Notes under the pieces: generated by a model
Databases searched by the model: none
The model's input: only the letters and a program-made list of their open reading frames with translations
What the model was told of the DNA's origin: nothing
Shown: piece by piece, positions 30,489 through 40,863 of the stretch
How the letters are laid out: each line of letters opens with the position of its first letter
How positions within the stretch are numbered: the first letter of the stretch is position 1
Translations under genes and position numbers: made by a program
Assembly (NCBI GenBank): GCA_040755975.1
Contig: JBFLZY010000002.1
Span: 27,182 to 91,181, forward strand
Length of the DNA: 64,000 nucleotides
Origin: Bacillota bacterium
GTDB lineage: Bacteria > Bacillota > Desulfotomaculia > Desulfotomaculales > Nap2-2B
Direction: 5' to 3'

Positions 30489-31923
30489 ATACTTGCAAAG
30501 CCTGCGTAAAATGAAGACCAGAGTTTACCTTTTCGGGGAAATAATAGAGAATTTTGTAGACCACCCGATCATCCGCCCGTCAATTAACTCGGTGGCGAAG
30601 AGCTACGAACTGGCCCTGGACGGGCGGTACAACGATCTCCTGACCGCCGCGCCCAGCCTTACCGGCGAAACCGTCAACCGCTTCACCCACCTGCACCAGA
30701 GCACGGACGACCTGGTGCGGAAGGTCAAGATGCTGCGCCTGATGGGCCAGAAGACGGCGGCCTGTTTCCAGCGCTGCGTGGGCATGGACGCCATCAACGC
30801 CGTTGACAGTGTTACCTTTGAGATGGACCAGAAGCTGGGCACCACCTATCACGAGCGCTTCCGCCGCTACGTGAGGTACGTCCAGGAAAACGACCTGGTG
30901 GTGGACGGGGCCATGACCGATCCCAAGGGGGACAGGTCTTTGCGCCCCAGCCGGCAGGCCGACCCCGACCTTTACCTGCGCGTGGTCAAAGAGAATTCCG
31001 AAGGTATTGTTGTGCGGGGGGCCAAAGCCCACCAGACCGGAGCCGTCAACTCCCACGAAATTTGCGTTATGCCCACGATGGCCATGACCGAGGAGGACAG
31101 GGATTACGCGGTCTGCTTCGCCCTGCCCGCCGATGCCCCCGGTATATTTTACATCTACGGGCGGCAGTCCTGCGACACCAGGAAGCTGGAAGGATCCGAG
31201 ATCGACGTGGGCAACGCCCGCTACGGGGGCCAGGAGGCCCTGGTCGTCTTTGACGACGTGTTCGTCCCCTGGGAGAGGGTCTTTATGTGCCGCGAGCACC
31301 AGTTTTCCGGAATTCTGGTGGAGCGCTTCGCCGCCTACCACCGCCAGAGCTACGGCGGCTGCAAGGTGGGGGTCGGCGATGTGCTCATCGGCGCGGCGGC
31401 CATGATGGCGGACTATAACGGAACGGCCGGGGCGTCGCACATCAAGGACAAGATCATCGAGATGATCCACTTAAACGAAACCCTTTTTTGCTGCGGCATC
31501 GCCTGTTCCGCCCAGGGGCGCCGTACGCCGTCGGGGACCTACCTGGTGGACCTTTTGCTGGCCAACGTTTGCAAGCAGAACGTGACCCGCTACCCCTACG
31601 AGATAGCCCGCCTGGCCGAGGACATCGCCGGCGGGCTGATGGTCACCATGCCGTCGGAAAAGGACTTCCGCCACTCCGAGATCGGTCCCTACATCGAGAA
31701 ATACTTAAAGGGCACGGCCTCTTATCCCACGGAGCACAGGATGAGGATGCTGCGCCTGGTGGAGAACCTCACCCTGGGCTGCGCCGCCGTGGGTTACCGC
31801 ACCGAGTCCATGCACGGGGCCGGTTCGCCCCAGGCCCAGCGGATTATGATCTCCCGCCAGGCCAACCTGGACCACAAGAAGAAGCTGGCCAGGATCATCG
31901 CCGGGATTGAACCGGAGGAATAA
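30466..31923 (+). CDS. abfD: 4-hydroxybutyryl-CoA dehydratase family protein, paralog 2
   Basis: ORF 30406-31923; ATG 30466 follows GGAGGTG and overlaps glpC by 23 nt. Motifs CFQRC and YHRQSYGGC. Confidence 0.75.
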   Translation: MSLKTANEYLQSLRKMKTRVYLFGEIIENFVDHPIIRPSINSVAKSYELALDGRYNDLLTAAPSLTGETVNRFTHLHQSTDDLVRKVKMLRLMGQKTAACFQRCVGMDAINAVDSVTFEMDQKLGTTYHERFRRYVRYVQENDLVVDGAMTDPKGDRSLRPSRQADPDLYLRVVKENSEGIVVRGAKAHQTGAVNSHEICVMPTMAMTEEDRDYAVCFALPADAPGIFYIYGRQSCDTRKLEGSEIDVGNARYGGQEALVVFDDVFVPWERVFMCREHQFSGILVERFAAYHRQSYGGCKVGVGDVLIGAAAMMADYNGTAGASHIKDKIIEMIHLNETLFCCGIACSAQGRRTPSGTYLVDLLLANVCKQNVTRYPYEIARLAEDIAGGLMVTMPSEKDFRHSEIGPYIEKYLKGTASYPTEHRMRMLRLVENLTLGCAAVGYRTESMHGAGSPQAQRIMISRQANLDHKKKLARIIAGIEPEE

Positions 31924-32008
31924 GCAATTGCTCGCGTGGGCGTTACTTTTTTAGGTTTTTAGAAAAAATGCCGGATGATTGTTGGCCCGGGAGGTTTCCT
32001 TAGGTTGC

Positions 32009-32043
32009 CTGCCGGGCAGTTTTTTACCGGCCCGCCCGGTTTT
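32009..32043 (+). terminator. Two small tandem hairpins with T-runs after abfD paralog 2
   Basis: CTGC-CGG-GCAG followed by TTTTTT, then ACCGG-CCCGC-CCGGT followed by TTT. Confidence 0.4.
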
Positions 32044-32087
32044 AATGAAATGAGGATTAAACGGCATGTTCGGAAGAGAAACGGATC

Positions 32088-32117
32088 TTGACAGGTTTTG
32101 CTGGTGATTTGTAGAAT
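32088..32117 (+). promoter_or_regulatory. sigma-A-type promoter of nadABC
   Basis: TTGACA (32088-93), 18-nt spacer, TAGAAT (32112-17). The ORF ATG at 32124 sits at about the predicted TSS. Confidence 0.55.
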
Positions 32118-32123
32118 AGGCAC

Positions 32124-33065
32124 ATGAGCACGAGCACGAACATGACGGCAGGGCATGAACATTTTGCGCTGGTAAAGGAAATCGAAAAGTTAAAAAAAGA
32201 TCGCCGGGCGATTATTTTAAGTCATTACTACCAGCGACCGGAAATCCAGGAAATTGCCGATTTTATCGGTGACTCGCTGGAGCTGTCCCGGCAGGCCGCC
32301 CAAACGGACGCGCGGGTGGTTGTTTTTTGCGGTGTTCATTTTATGGCGGAGAGCGCGGCCATCCTGTCCCCCGATAAAATCGTTCTCTTGCCGGAGGAAA
32401 ACGCCGGCTGTCCGATGGCCGATATGATTACGGCCGTAGACTTGCAGCGCTGGAAGGAAAATTTCCCCCGCGCCACCGTTGTCTGTTACGTAAATACTTC
32501 GGCGGAGGTGAAGGCGGAAAGCGACGTGGCCTGCACGAGCGCAAACGCCGTGAAGGTCATCGGCTCCCTTCCGCCGGAGGAAACCGTTTTGTTTGTTCCG
32601 GATAAAAACCTGGGGAGCTACGTCGCCCGCCAGACCGGCCGGAAAATGCACTTGTGGGAAGGTTTCTGCCGCACTCACGACCGGCTGACCGCCCAGGACC
32701 TCCTGGCGGCTAAAAGGGAGCATCCCGATGCCCTTGTCCTGGTTCATCCGGAGTGCCGCCCGGAAGTGATCGAAATGGCGGATGCGGTCGCCAGCACATC
32801 CGGGATTTTGCGGTTTGCCCGCGAAAGCGGGGTGAAGCGGTTTATCATCGGCACGGAGGTGGGGATTCTCCACCAGTTGTCCAGGCAGTGCCCGGGGAAA
32901 GAATTCTTCCCGGCCTCGCCGAAGATGGTCTGTCCGAACATGAAGGCCACCACGCTGGAGAAAGTTCACCGCTCGCTGGTCACTTTGGAGCCCCGGGTGA
33001 CGGTGTCTCCGGACATCGGGGAAAAAGCGCTCCGGTCCCTTTCGAGAATGCTGGCCGTCGTTTAA
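32124..33065 (+). CDS. nadA: quinolinate synthase
   Basis: AIILSHYYQRPEIQ, VHFMAESA and VHPEC are typical NadA blocks. The start could be ATG 32142. Confidence 0.9.
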   Translation: MSTSTNMTAGHEHFALVKEIEKLKKDRRAIILSHYYQRPEIQEIADFIGDSLELSRQAAQTDARVVVFCGVHFMAESAAILSPDKIVLLPEENAGCPMADMITAVDLQRWKENFPRATVVCYVNTSAEVKAESDVACTSANAVKVIGSLPPEETVLFVPDKNLGSYVARQTGRKMHLWEGFCRTHDRLTAQDLLAAKREHPDALVLVHPECRPEVIEMADAVASTSGILRFARESGVKRFIIGTEVGILHQLSRQCPGKEFFPASPKMVCPNMKATTLEKVHRSLVTLEPRVTVSPDIGEKALRSLSRMLAVV

Positions 33066-33087
33066 GGGGCGTGAAGGAGGGGCTTTT

Positions 33088-34671
33088 TTGTCAAGAAGGT
33101 ACCTGGTGAATTTCGACACCCGGCAGCTGCCGCAGGAAGAGTGGGATTACGTTATTCTCGGCAGCGGCATTGCCGGGTTGTATACCGCTTATACGGCCGG
33201 CCGGCAGGGGGCCGGGGTGGTCGTGCTGACCAAGCACACGGTCCTGGACAGCAACACGGACAAGGCCCAGGGGGGGATTGCCGCCGCTCTGGGGAAAGAC
33301 GACTCACCGCACCTGCACCTGGAAGATACCCTGAGCGCCGGGGCCGGTTTATGCGACGAGGAGGCCGTGCAGATCCTGGTTAACGAGGGCCCGCGCCGCG
33401 TTAAGGAGCTCATCGCCCTGGGCGCCCGCTTTGACTCCCGCAACGGGGAACTCAGCCTGGGACGGGAGGGGGCGCACAGCCGGCACCGCGTCCTGCACGC
33501 CGGCGGGGACGCGACGGGCGCCGAAATCCAGCGCATCTTAACGGAAAGAACGGCCGATCTTCCGTGCGTGAGCGTGCTGGAAAGCCATTTTGCAGTGGAC
33601 TTGCTCGTCCGGGAAGGTGCCTGTTACGGCGTTCTCGTCTACGCCGTCGAAGAAAGGCGCCTGAAAGTTTTCTGGGGCCGGGCGGTTGTCCTGGCCACCG
33701 GAGGCCTGGGGCAGTTGTACGAGCACACCACCAACCCGGCGGTGGCCACCGGAGACGGCGTCGCCATGGCTTACCGCGCCGGCGCGGAAGTCATGGACAT
33801 GGAGTTCGTCCAGTTTCACCCCACCGTATTGAACCTGCCTGGTGCGCCGCGCTTTTTAATCTCCGAGGCGGTCCGCGGCGAAGGGGGGGTATTGCGCAAC
33901 TGCCGGGGGGAAAGGTTTATGCCCCGCTATCACGAGCTTGCGGAGCTGGCCCCCCGCGACGTGGTGGTGCGGGCAATCCTGAAGGAAATGAACGAGACCG
34001 GGACGGAAACGGTTTTTCTGGACGTATCCCATCTTGACCAGGAAAAAGTGGCGGAGCGCTTCCCAACGATCTACCGGACATGCCGGGAGTGGGGGTTGAA
34101 TCCCGCCAGCGAGCCCATTCCGGTGGCGCCGGCCGCCCACTACATGATGGGCGGGGTAAAAACGAACCTGCACGGGGAAACCGGTATTTCCGGCCTTTAC
34201 GCCTGCGGCGAGGCGGCCTGTGCAGGGGTTCACGGCGCCAACCGCCTGGCCAGCAATTCGCTTCTCGACGGGCTTGTCTTCGGGAGGAGGATTGTTGATC
34301 ACTCCCGGATCTGCCGGCGGAGGAGGAAGGTTGCTGCCGGCGAATTCGGCTGCAGCCGGCTGAAAGGCCCCGCGGACGTTGACTACGAAGAACTTCGCCG
34401 GTCCCTCCGGCGGGTTATGCAAACGTGCGTGGGCGCCGTGCGTGAGGAGGACGGATTGAGAGAGGCTTTTGCGTTTTTCCAAAAATGGGCGCGCCTGTTT
34501 GAGCATTCCGCAGATGGCTGGGATAAGATGGAAGTACACAACATGCTTGAAGTCGGCCGGTTGATTACCCAGGCCGCTCTCTTCCGCCCGGAAAGCAGAG
34601 GCGGGCATTACCGCCTGGATTACCCGGAACCCGTCCGGGAATGGCAAAAGCATATCCTTTTCAAAGAGTGA
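33088..34671 (+). CDS. nadB: L-aspartate oxidase
   Basis: TTG start after GAAGGAGGGG. Motifs ILGSGIAGL, AQGGIAAA and HPTVL...ISEAVRGEGG. Confidence 0.9.
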   Translation: MSRRYLVNFDTRQLPQEEWDYVILGSGIAGLYTAYTAGRQGAGVVVLTKHTVLDSNTDKAQGGIAAALGKDDSPHLHLEDTLSAGAGLCDEEAVQILVNEGPRRVKELIALGARFDSRNGELSLGREGAHSRHRVLHAGGDATGAEIQRILTERTADLPCVSVLESHFAVDLLVREGACYGVLVYAVEERRLKVFWGRAVVLATGGLGQLYEHTTNPAVATGDGVAMAYRAGAEVMDMEFVQFHPTVLNLPGAPRFLISEAVRGEGGVLRNCRGERFMPRYHELAELAPRDVVVRAILKEMNETGTETVFLDVSHLDQEKVAERFPTIYRTCREWGLNPASEPIPVAPAAHYMMGGVKTNLHGETGISGLYACGEAACAGVHGANRLASNSLLDGLVFGRRIVDHSRICRRRRKVAAGEFGCSRLKGPADVDYEELRRSLRRVMQTCVGAVREEDGLREAFAFFQKWARLFEHSADGWDKMEVHNMLEVGRLITQAALFRPESRGGHYRLDYPEPVREWQKHILFKE

Positions 34672-34693
34672 AAAGAACGGAGAGATTTTTTCC

Positions 34694-35530
34694 GTGCTGC
34701 CCGACATGGCCGCCGTTTATCAAACAGCGGAGCTTGCCTTAAGAGAAGATGTGGGTTCGGGAGACGTAACCACCAACAGTATTATTTCCCCCGATCTCAA
34801 CGTCGCTGCGTTAATCATCGCCAAAGAAGAGGGGGTTGCCGCCGGTCTTCCCGTTGCCGAAGCCGTTTTCCGGCTCCTCGACGGCGCTATTTCTTTTTCT
34901 TCCCGGGTCCGGGAAGGCGAGCAGGTTAAAGAAGGGCAGGCGCTGGCGAGCGTAAGCGGAAGAGCCCGGGCGATCTTAACGGGCGAGCGGGTAGCCTTGA
35001 ATTTCTTGCAGAGACTTTGCGGGATTGCCACCTATACCCGGCGCCTTGTCCGCCTGCTGGATGGATATCCGGTCAAAATCGTGGATACGCGAAAAACAAC
35101 GCCCGGACTGCGCCTTTTGGAAAAGTACGCCGTGCGCGTGGGCGGGGGGAAAAATCACCGCTTCGGCCTTTACGACGCGGTTTTAATCAAGGACAACCAC
35201 TTGAAGGTAGCCGGGAGCATCGCGCGGGCGGTGCAGCTGGCGCGGGCGTCCGTTCCGTTGACCATGAAAATCGAAGTAGAAACCGAAAATCTGGATCAGG
35301 TGGAGGAGGCCCTGGCTGCCGGGGCGGACATCATCATGCTTGACAACATGGAGCCGGAGGCCATGCGCGAAGCCGTGAGCCTGGTGGCCGGGCGGGCCCT
35401 GCTGGAAGCCTCGGGCGGGATCAACGAGAAAAACATCCTCGCCGTCGCCCGGTCGGGGGTTGATTTTATCTCTGTAGGCGCGCTTACCCATTCCGCGCCG
35501 GCGCTGGACATCAGCCTGGAGATCGTCTGA
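34694..35530 (+). CDS. nadC: nicotinate-nucleotide diphosphorylase (carboxylating)
   Basis: Typical QPRTase sequence: DTRKTTPGLR, KDNH, MLDNM. Confidence 0.9.
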   Translation: MLPDMAAVYQTAELALREDVGSGDVTTNSIISPDLNVAALIIAKEEGVAAGLPVAEAVFRLLDGAISFSSRVREGEQVKEGQALASVSGRARAILTGERVALNFLQRLCGIATYTRRLVRLLDGYPVKIVDTRKTTPGLRLLEKYAVRVGGGKNHRFGLYDAVLIKDNHLKVAGSIARAVQLARASVPLTMKIEVETENLDQVEEALAAGADIIMLDNMEPEAMREAVSLVAGRALLEASGGINEKNILAVARSGVDFISVGALTHSAPALDISLEIV

Positions 35531-35860
35531 GGGGTTGGGCGCGGGTCCGGGTTGCCGTTGGTTTGGGGGGCAATGCTCCGGCGGGAAAATACTCGAAAAG
35601 AATACGCCGTTTTGATCGGGATTAAGCTGATCAGCCAAGGTTCTGTGGAAAAAAGCTTCTGGTGTTTCGCGGCCCGGTAGCTTTTTTTCTTATATTTTTT
35701 GATGCCTTTATGCAGTTGAAGTAAAAAACGTTTTGTCCCCTGGTTTTTCCGTGTGCCAAAGTTTTCCGCAGCGTTTCTGATTTAAGGTGATTTTTTGCAG
35801 GAAAAGTGCAAATTTTGTCGAATCTTGTAAAAAATTATTTCCAAAAGGAGGGAGAAATTC

Positions 35861-37066
35861 GTGCTGTTTGCAAACAAAAACGGCGGAAACTTAAAACGTT
35901 CTGCCGGCGCTCCCGGAGAGGCGGCCTTAAACGCCGCCTGCCTGGCCTTCACCCTTGCCCATACCGAGCTTTTGGCCCTGCAGACAAGGCACCAGATCGA
36001 TAAGGTGGCTTCCCTGGCCGCAAGCCTGGCGGCAACGTCCGAGCAGATGGCGGCGATGAGTCAGGAGGGTGCGTCTTCTCTGGGCGTGGTTACCGATACG
36101 CATGCGGAACTGCAGAAACAGTTCGGGGCGAACAAGGAGGAAATCGAAAAGGCAAGAGGTTATTTCGAGCGCGGCCGGGAAGGTTTTGCCGAAGTGATCC
36201 GGGTTACCAGGGAGGTAACGCAAAAACTCTCCGAAATTGAGAATCTTGGTCAGCAGATTACCGATATCGCCGAGCAAACAAACCTTCTTTCGCTGAATGC
36301 AGCAATCGAAGCGGCCCGCGCCGGAGAGCACGGCAGGGGCTTTGCGGTCGTCGCGGAAGAAGTGCGCAGGCTGGCTGCCGGGGCAAAGGAAGCCGTGAAG
36401 ACGGTGAAAAAGGTTTCGGCGGAAATCCAGGAAGGGGTGGCGAGAGAGGCGCAAATTGCGACGGAAACCGGAAAGATGCTGGACAGCTTTTCGGCGATGA
36501 ACGAAGGCAACCTGGAAGCTTTGCGCGTGAGCATGGAGCAGCTCAGTAACGCCGGCCGGTCGGTGAGTGAGGTCTATTCCGCAATGGAACAGCAGGCAAG
36601 CGCTGCGGATTCACTGGCCAAAACAAGCGAAGAGCTTTCGAGCACGGCCAATTTCGGAGAAAGGGTGGCGGCAAAAGTTTTTGATCTTCTGGGGGCGCTT
36701 TACGAAGAATCCGCGCAGAAGGGGAAGGCGCAAGACGGGGTTTCGATGGTGGGCACCTTCGCGGCGCGCCTTACCGACCATGCCGATTTCCTGCGGGGCG
36801 TGACGGCCGGTGCGGGGACGCGGGTAAAGGTGAAGTCCCACACTGAATGCGCCTTTGGCAGGTGGTTTGCGGAAAACAGGGACAGGATAGCGGGCCTGGC
36901 TGAAGTAGACGCGCCCCACCGCGCTTTTCACGTGATGGCCGAAAAGCTTTCCGGCGAAGTTACGGAGGAAAGTCTTGCCGGCCTGGAGGCAGCTTCTCTG
37001 GAATTGCTGAAAGTGTTTTTAAAAGTCGTCAAAAAGGTCGAAAGAATGTATATTGACGAAAATTAA
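35861..37066 (+). CDS. soluble methyl-accepting chemotaxis protein with C-terminal CZB (zinc-binding) domain
   Basis: No TM segment. Signalling hairpin [38 protein letters not shown] pattern HADF...CAFGRW-x17-HRAFH. Confidence 0.85.
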   Translation: MLFANKNGGNLKRSAGAPGEAALNAACLAFTLAHTELLALQTRHQIDKVASLAASLAATSEQMAAMSQEGASSLGVVTDTHAELQKQFGANKEEIEKARGYFERGREGFAEVIRVTREVTQKLSEIENLGQQITDIAEQTNLLSLNAAIEAARAGEHGRGFAVVAEEVRRLAAGAKEAVKTVKKVSAEIQEGVAREAQIATETGKMLDSFSAMNEGNLEALRVSMEQLSNAGRSVSEVYSAMEQQASAADSLAKTSEELSSTANFGERVAAKVFDLLGALYEESAQKGKAQDGVSMVGTFAARLTDHADFLRGVTAGAGTRVKVKSHTECAFGRWFAENRDRIAGLAEVDAPHRAFHVMAEKLSGEVTEESLAGLEAASLELLKVFLKVVKKVERMYIDEN

Positions 37067-37174
37067 GGAATATTCAAATTGAGAGATTAAAATGCCGATT
37101 TACAAGATAGAAATTATTAAAATCCGGGCGGAGGCGGTGAACCCCGGTTCGATAGAGCGGGCGCCTGGGCCGGG

Positions 37175-37218
37175 GGGAGCGAATGGCGCTACAGGCCGCT
37201 CCCACTCATTTTTATTTT
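37175..37218 (+). terminator. rho-independent terminator candidate
   Basis: GGGAGCG (37175-81) pairs with CGCTCCC (37197-203), followed by ACTCATTTTTATTTT. Confidence 0.5.
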
Positions 37219-37258
37219 AAAAGGAGGGCGGTTATGAAGATTCAGTTAATCATAATAA

Positions 37259-37864
37259 GAGCAGGTTTTAAACGCCCCCATGATCGCCTGGCCCTTAGGG
37301 TTGTTCGATTGCTGCGGGGTCAGCGACGGGGCTGCCGCGGCAATTATTGCCAGGCCCGAGATAGCCAAAAGCATAAGGAGCGACTACATTCTGGTCAAGG
37401 GGCTTGGTTTGAGCTGCGGCGCCAGACAGGCGCTCCTTAACGACGACTATGACATGGTTCATTTTGAAGAAACAGTTGCCGCGGCAAACAGCGCTTATCA
37501 AGAGGCGGGAATTAAAAACCCCCGGGAAGAGATAGATCTGGCCGTTGTTCACGACTGCTTTACAATAACAGAGCTCTTGATTTACGAAGATCTCGGCTTC
37601 AGTCCCCGGGGAAAGGCAAAAGAAGACGTGGATGCCGGCTTTTTTACCCTGGAGGGGGGGTTGCCTGTGAATACCGACGGCGGCCTGAAGTGCTTCGGGC
37701 ATCCGATCGGGGCCAGCGGGTTGCGCATGATCTACGAAGTTTACAAACAGCTTCAGGGTAAAGCCGGGCCAAGGCAGGTGAAAAAGGCTGATCTGGGCCT
37801 TACGCATAACCTTGGCGGACACCCCGGACATTTTACCTGTGCAGTAGCTATTTTTGGCCGGTAG
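37259..37864 (+). pseudogene. 5'-truncated SCP2/DUF35-associated-type thiolase (C-terminal half only)
   Basis: RQVLNAPMIAWPLGLFDCCGVSDGAAA...VHDCF...GHPIGASG corresponds to roughly the last 200 aa of a ~385-aa thiolase. The N-terminal Cys-nucleophile half is absent, and only ~190 nt separate it from the upstream gene. Confidence 0.75.
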
Positions 37865-37922
37865 GACTGATTGATTCGGGGTTTCGGCTGCAGGTTTTAC
37901 CGTCCGTACGGGAGGGGTTTTA

Positions 37923-39752
37923 ATGACTGAGTTTACATACGATCTCAGGGATTTAAAGTTTATTTTAAAAGAATGGCTAAATCTAGAAGAGATCCTGAAC
38001 TACGATCGCTTTCAAGAGAACTATACGCTTGAAGACGTCGATTTTATATTAAATGAGGCATATAAAATTGCAAAAGAAATAATTTACCCGCTAAACAGAG
38101 AAGGGGATAAAATTGGGGTTCAATTTGAAAATGGGGTGGCAAAACTGCCGCCGGGATATAAAAAGGCTTATAAATTTTTGCAAGAAAACGGGTGGGGTTC
38201 CGCCAACGAAAGTATCGCGTCGGATGCGCACATGCCGCTTACTTTATACAGGGCATACCACGAAATGTTTATGGCTGCCTGCCCGGCGCTGTGTTCTTAC
38301 ATTAAGTTGACCACCGGGGCGGCGAACCTTATTTACAGGTTTGGCACGGAAAGGGATAAAAAATTATTTTTGGGGAAAATGCTCTCCGGGCAATGGAGCG
38401 GAACAATGTGTTTAACTGAACCGCACGCGGGTTCCGATGTAGGAGAAGCGAATACCAGGGCCTACCCAACCGACGATCCCCGGATCTACAAGATAAAGGG
38501 CACCAAAATGTTTATTACCGGCGGGGAAGTGGATATAACCGAGAACATTATTCATATGGTTTTGGCCCGTCCTGCAGGAGGCGCTCCGGGGACGAAGGGT
38601 TTGGGGCTTTATATAGTGCCCAAGATATGGGTAAATGAAGACGGAAGCCTCGGTGAGCCAAATGATGTTACCTGCATCGCTGTTGAACAAAAAATGGGCC
38701 TGAAAGCGTCTGCCACGGCCATGTTGAGTTTTGGCGATAACGACAATTGCCGGGGGATCCTTGTAGGTGACCCGCCGGATCGCGAGGGCAGATCGCAAGG
38801 GTTAGCCATGATGTTCCATATGATGAATGAATCGCGGATTGGAACAGGCCACAACGCCCTTGCGCAAATGGCGGCGGCGTATTACTTTGCTTCCCGCTAT
38901 GCCGCCGGGCGGATTCAAGGGAGGCCGTTCACTAATCCGAAGGCCGACCGGGTGCCGATCATCGAACACGAGGATGTTAGAAGAATGTTAATGGAAATGA
39001 AATCACAGGTAGAAGGCATCAGAGCGATGATTTTCAAAGGTTTTTATTATCTGGACGTGGCCGAGCATAGCGGCGAGAAAGAAAAGGCAAAAAAGTGCCG
39101 GTGGCTGGCCGAAATATTAACCCCCTTAATTAAAACTTACGCCAGCGAAACGGCCTGGCCGATGATTGCTCAGGCGATCCAGGTGCACGGCGGTGTTGGT
39201 TACACGGAGGAATATCCTGTTTCCCAATATGCGCGCGACGTTAAAATATTAACGATTTGGGAAGGTACCTCATTTATCCAGGCAATGGATTTAGTTGGTC
39301 GGAAGATGAGGATGGAAGGCGGCAGGCCGTTTGCTGCCTGGCTTGGTGACCGGGAAGAGTTTATCGCCAAAAATAAAAAAATTTTTCAAGCAGAGCTTAA
39401 AAAATTGGAAAAGGCTTACGAATGCGTGGTGGAGATCAAGAGAGTTTTGGAAGGTTATTACGGCGACTTTGCCGGGAAAGGCAGGCTTATCCCGTTGTAC
39501 GCTTTGCGGGTGCTTCACTGCTGTGCCCAATTGTTTGTCGCCGAATGCTTGCTGGAGCAGGCAATCGTTTCAAAAAGAAAAATTGAGGAAGTTGGGTCAG
39601 ATTGCCACGAGCATCATTTTTATGCCGGTAAAATTGCCTCTGCAAAATACTTTATTCATAATATACTGCCCAATGTTTATACTTTAACAGAAATAATTAA
39701 ATGTGCGGATGCAAGCGCGCTGGAATGTCCGGAAGAATCTTTCCTTACCTGA
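37923..39752 (+). CDS. long acyl-CoA dehydrogenase with C-terminal extension domain
   Basis: GGGAGGGG RBS. Motifs TEPHAGSDVG and IWEGTSFIQAMDLV. 609 aa. AT-rich codon usage. Confidence 0.85.
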   Translation: MTEFTYDLRDLKFILKEWLNLEEILNYDRFQENYTLEDVDFILNEAYKIAKEIIYPLNREGDKIGVQFENGVAKLPPGYKKAYKFLQENGWGSANESIASDAHMPLTLYRAYHEMFMAACPALCSYIKLTTGAANLIYRFGTERDKKLFLGKMLSGQWSGTMCLTEPHAGSDVGEANTRAYPTDDPRIYKIKGTKMFITGGEVDITENIIHMVLARPAGGAPGTKGLGLYIVPKIWVNEDGSLGEPNDVTCIAVEQKMGLKASATAMLSFGDNDNCRGILVGDPPDREGRSQGLAMMFHMMNESRIGTGHNALAQMAAAYYFASRYAAGRIQGRPFTNPKADRVPIIEHEDVRRMLMEMKSQVEGIRAMIFKGFYYLDVAEHSGEKEKAKKCRWLAEILTPLIKTYASETAWPMIAQAIQVHGGVGYTEEYPVSQYARDVKILTIWEGTSFIQAMDLVGRKMRMEGGRPFAAWLGDREEFIAKNKKIFQAELKKLEKAYECVVEIKRVLEGYYGDFAGKGRLIPLYALRVLHCCAQLFVAECLLEQAIVSKRKIEEVGSDCHEHHFYAGKIASAKYFIHNILPNVYTLTEIIKCADASALECPEESFLT

Positions 39753-39823
39753 TTAAGTGTTATTTTAAATAAATAAATGTAGGAAGGAAATATTTTAAAT
39801 AGGAAATAGGGGTTGTGAAAGAG

Positions 39824-40705
39824 ATGATTAAAATAGAAAATATTTGCGTGGTCGGAGCGGGCAATATGGGCCACCAAATAGCTCTTTGCGCCGCAATAGC
39901 CGGGTTTAAGGTAAAATGTTGCGATATCAATGAAGAAATATTGCTAAAGGCTAAGGAGTTTGCGGATAAATACCTTTCAGAGCGGGTAGCTAAGGGCAAG
40001 CTTTCCCGGGAAGTTGCGGAAGGCGCACGGTCCAACATATCCTTTACCACGGGTTTAAAAGAAGCTGCCTGTGACGCTGATTTAGTTATCGAAGCTGTGC
40101 TGGAAAAACTGGATCTCAAAAGAAAAATCTTTTCTCAGCTGGATGAAATTTGCCCGCCGCACACTATTTTGGCAACCAACAGCTCTTACATTGTCAGTTC
40201 AAAAATAGCCGGTGCGACGAAGCGGCCCGGGAAAGTTTGCAATATGCACTTTTTTAATCCTGCCCTGGTGATGAAACTCGTGGAGGTTGTCAAAGGTTCT
40301 CATACGGCGGAAGAAACCGCCGAAACAGTTATGGAAGCAGCCAAAAGAATGGGCAAGATCCCCGTGCTGCTGCAAAAAGAAATTTATGGTTTTTTGGTTA
40401 ACCGGATTCTTACGGCCATCCGGAGCGAAGCTTTATACCTTTATGATTTAGGCGTTGCTTCCTTTGAGGATATAGATAAAGCCGTGGTCCACGGCCTTGG
40501 CCACCCCATGGGGCCTTTTCAATTGCTGGACCTTACCGGGATCGATCTTTCCTACTGCGTACAAATGGAAAGATACCGGGAAAGCGGGGACCCCGCCCAC
40601 AAGCCTTCACCTGTGATCGTAGAAAAGTTTGTCAAGGGAGAATGGGGGCGCAAAACCGGCCAGGGCTTTTATGATTATGCACAAAAAAATACACAAAACA
40701 GCTGA
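39824..40705 (+). CDS. hbd: 3-hydroxybutyryl-CoA dehydrogenase, second (xenolog-like) copy
   Basis: ORF 39815-40705. Colinear with the 4559-5434 product, with long identical runs such as NICVVGAGNMGHQIALCAA and KVCNMHFFNPALVMKLVEVVKG. Confidence 0.9.
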   Translation: MIKIENICVVGAGNMGHQIALCAAIAGFKVKCCDINEEILLKAKEFADKYLSERVAKGKLSREVAEGARSNISFTTGLKEAACDADLVIEAVLEKLDLKRKIFSQLDEICPPHTILATNSSYIVSSKIAGATKRPGKVCNMHFFNPALVMKLVEVVKGSHTAEETAETVMEAAKRMGKIPVLLQKEIYGFLVNRILTAIRSEALYLYDLGVASFEDIDKAVVHGLGHPMGPFQLLDLTGIDLSYCVQMERYRESGDPAHKPSPVIVEKFVKGEWGRKTGQGFYDYAQKNTQNS

Positions 40706-40863
40706 CGGTAACAGCGCTCCAATGCACCTGACAATTCCCCCTTTTCTGGAAAAAAAGAAAGCCAAGCTTTAAGGGAAAGTAATATAAGGCATAAAATCCA
40801 TAACACCTGAAAAGTTTGTATTTCTGTTGCTTAAAATAATTTAAACAGATAAGGTGAGATGTT

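Noticed and set aside
35648-35689. The A/T-rich hairpin GAAAAAAGCT...AGCTTTTTTT after nadC, considered as a terminator.
   Set aside because: The stem is almost pure A-U with a 21-nt loop, so predicted stability is too low to call. I left it unannotated.
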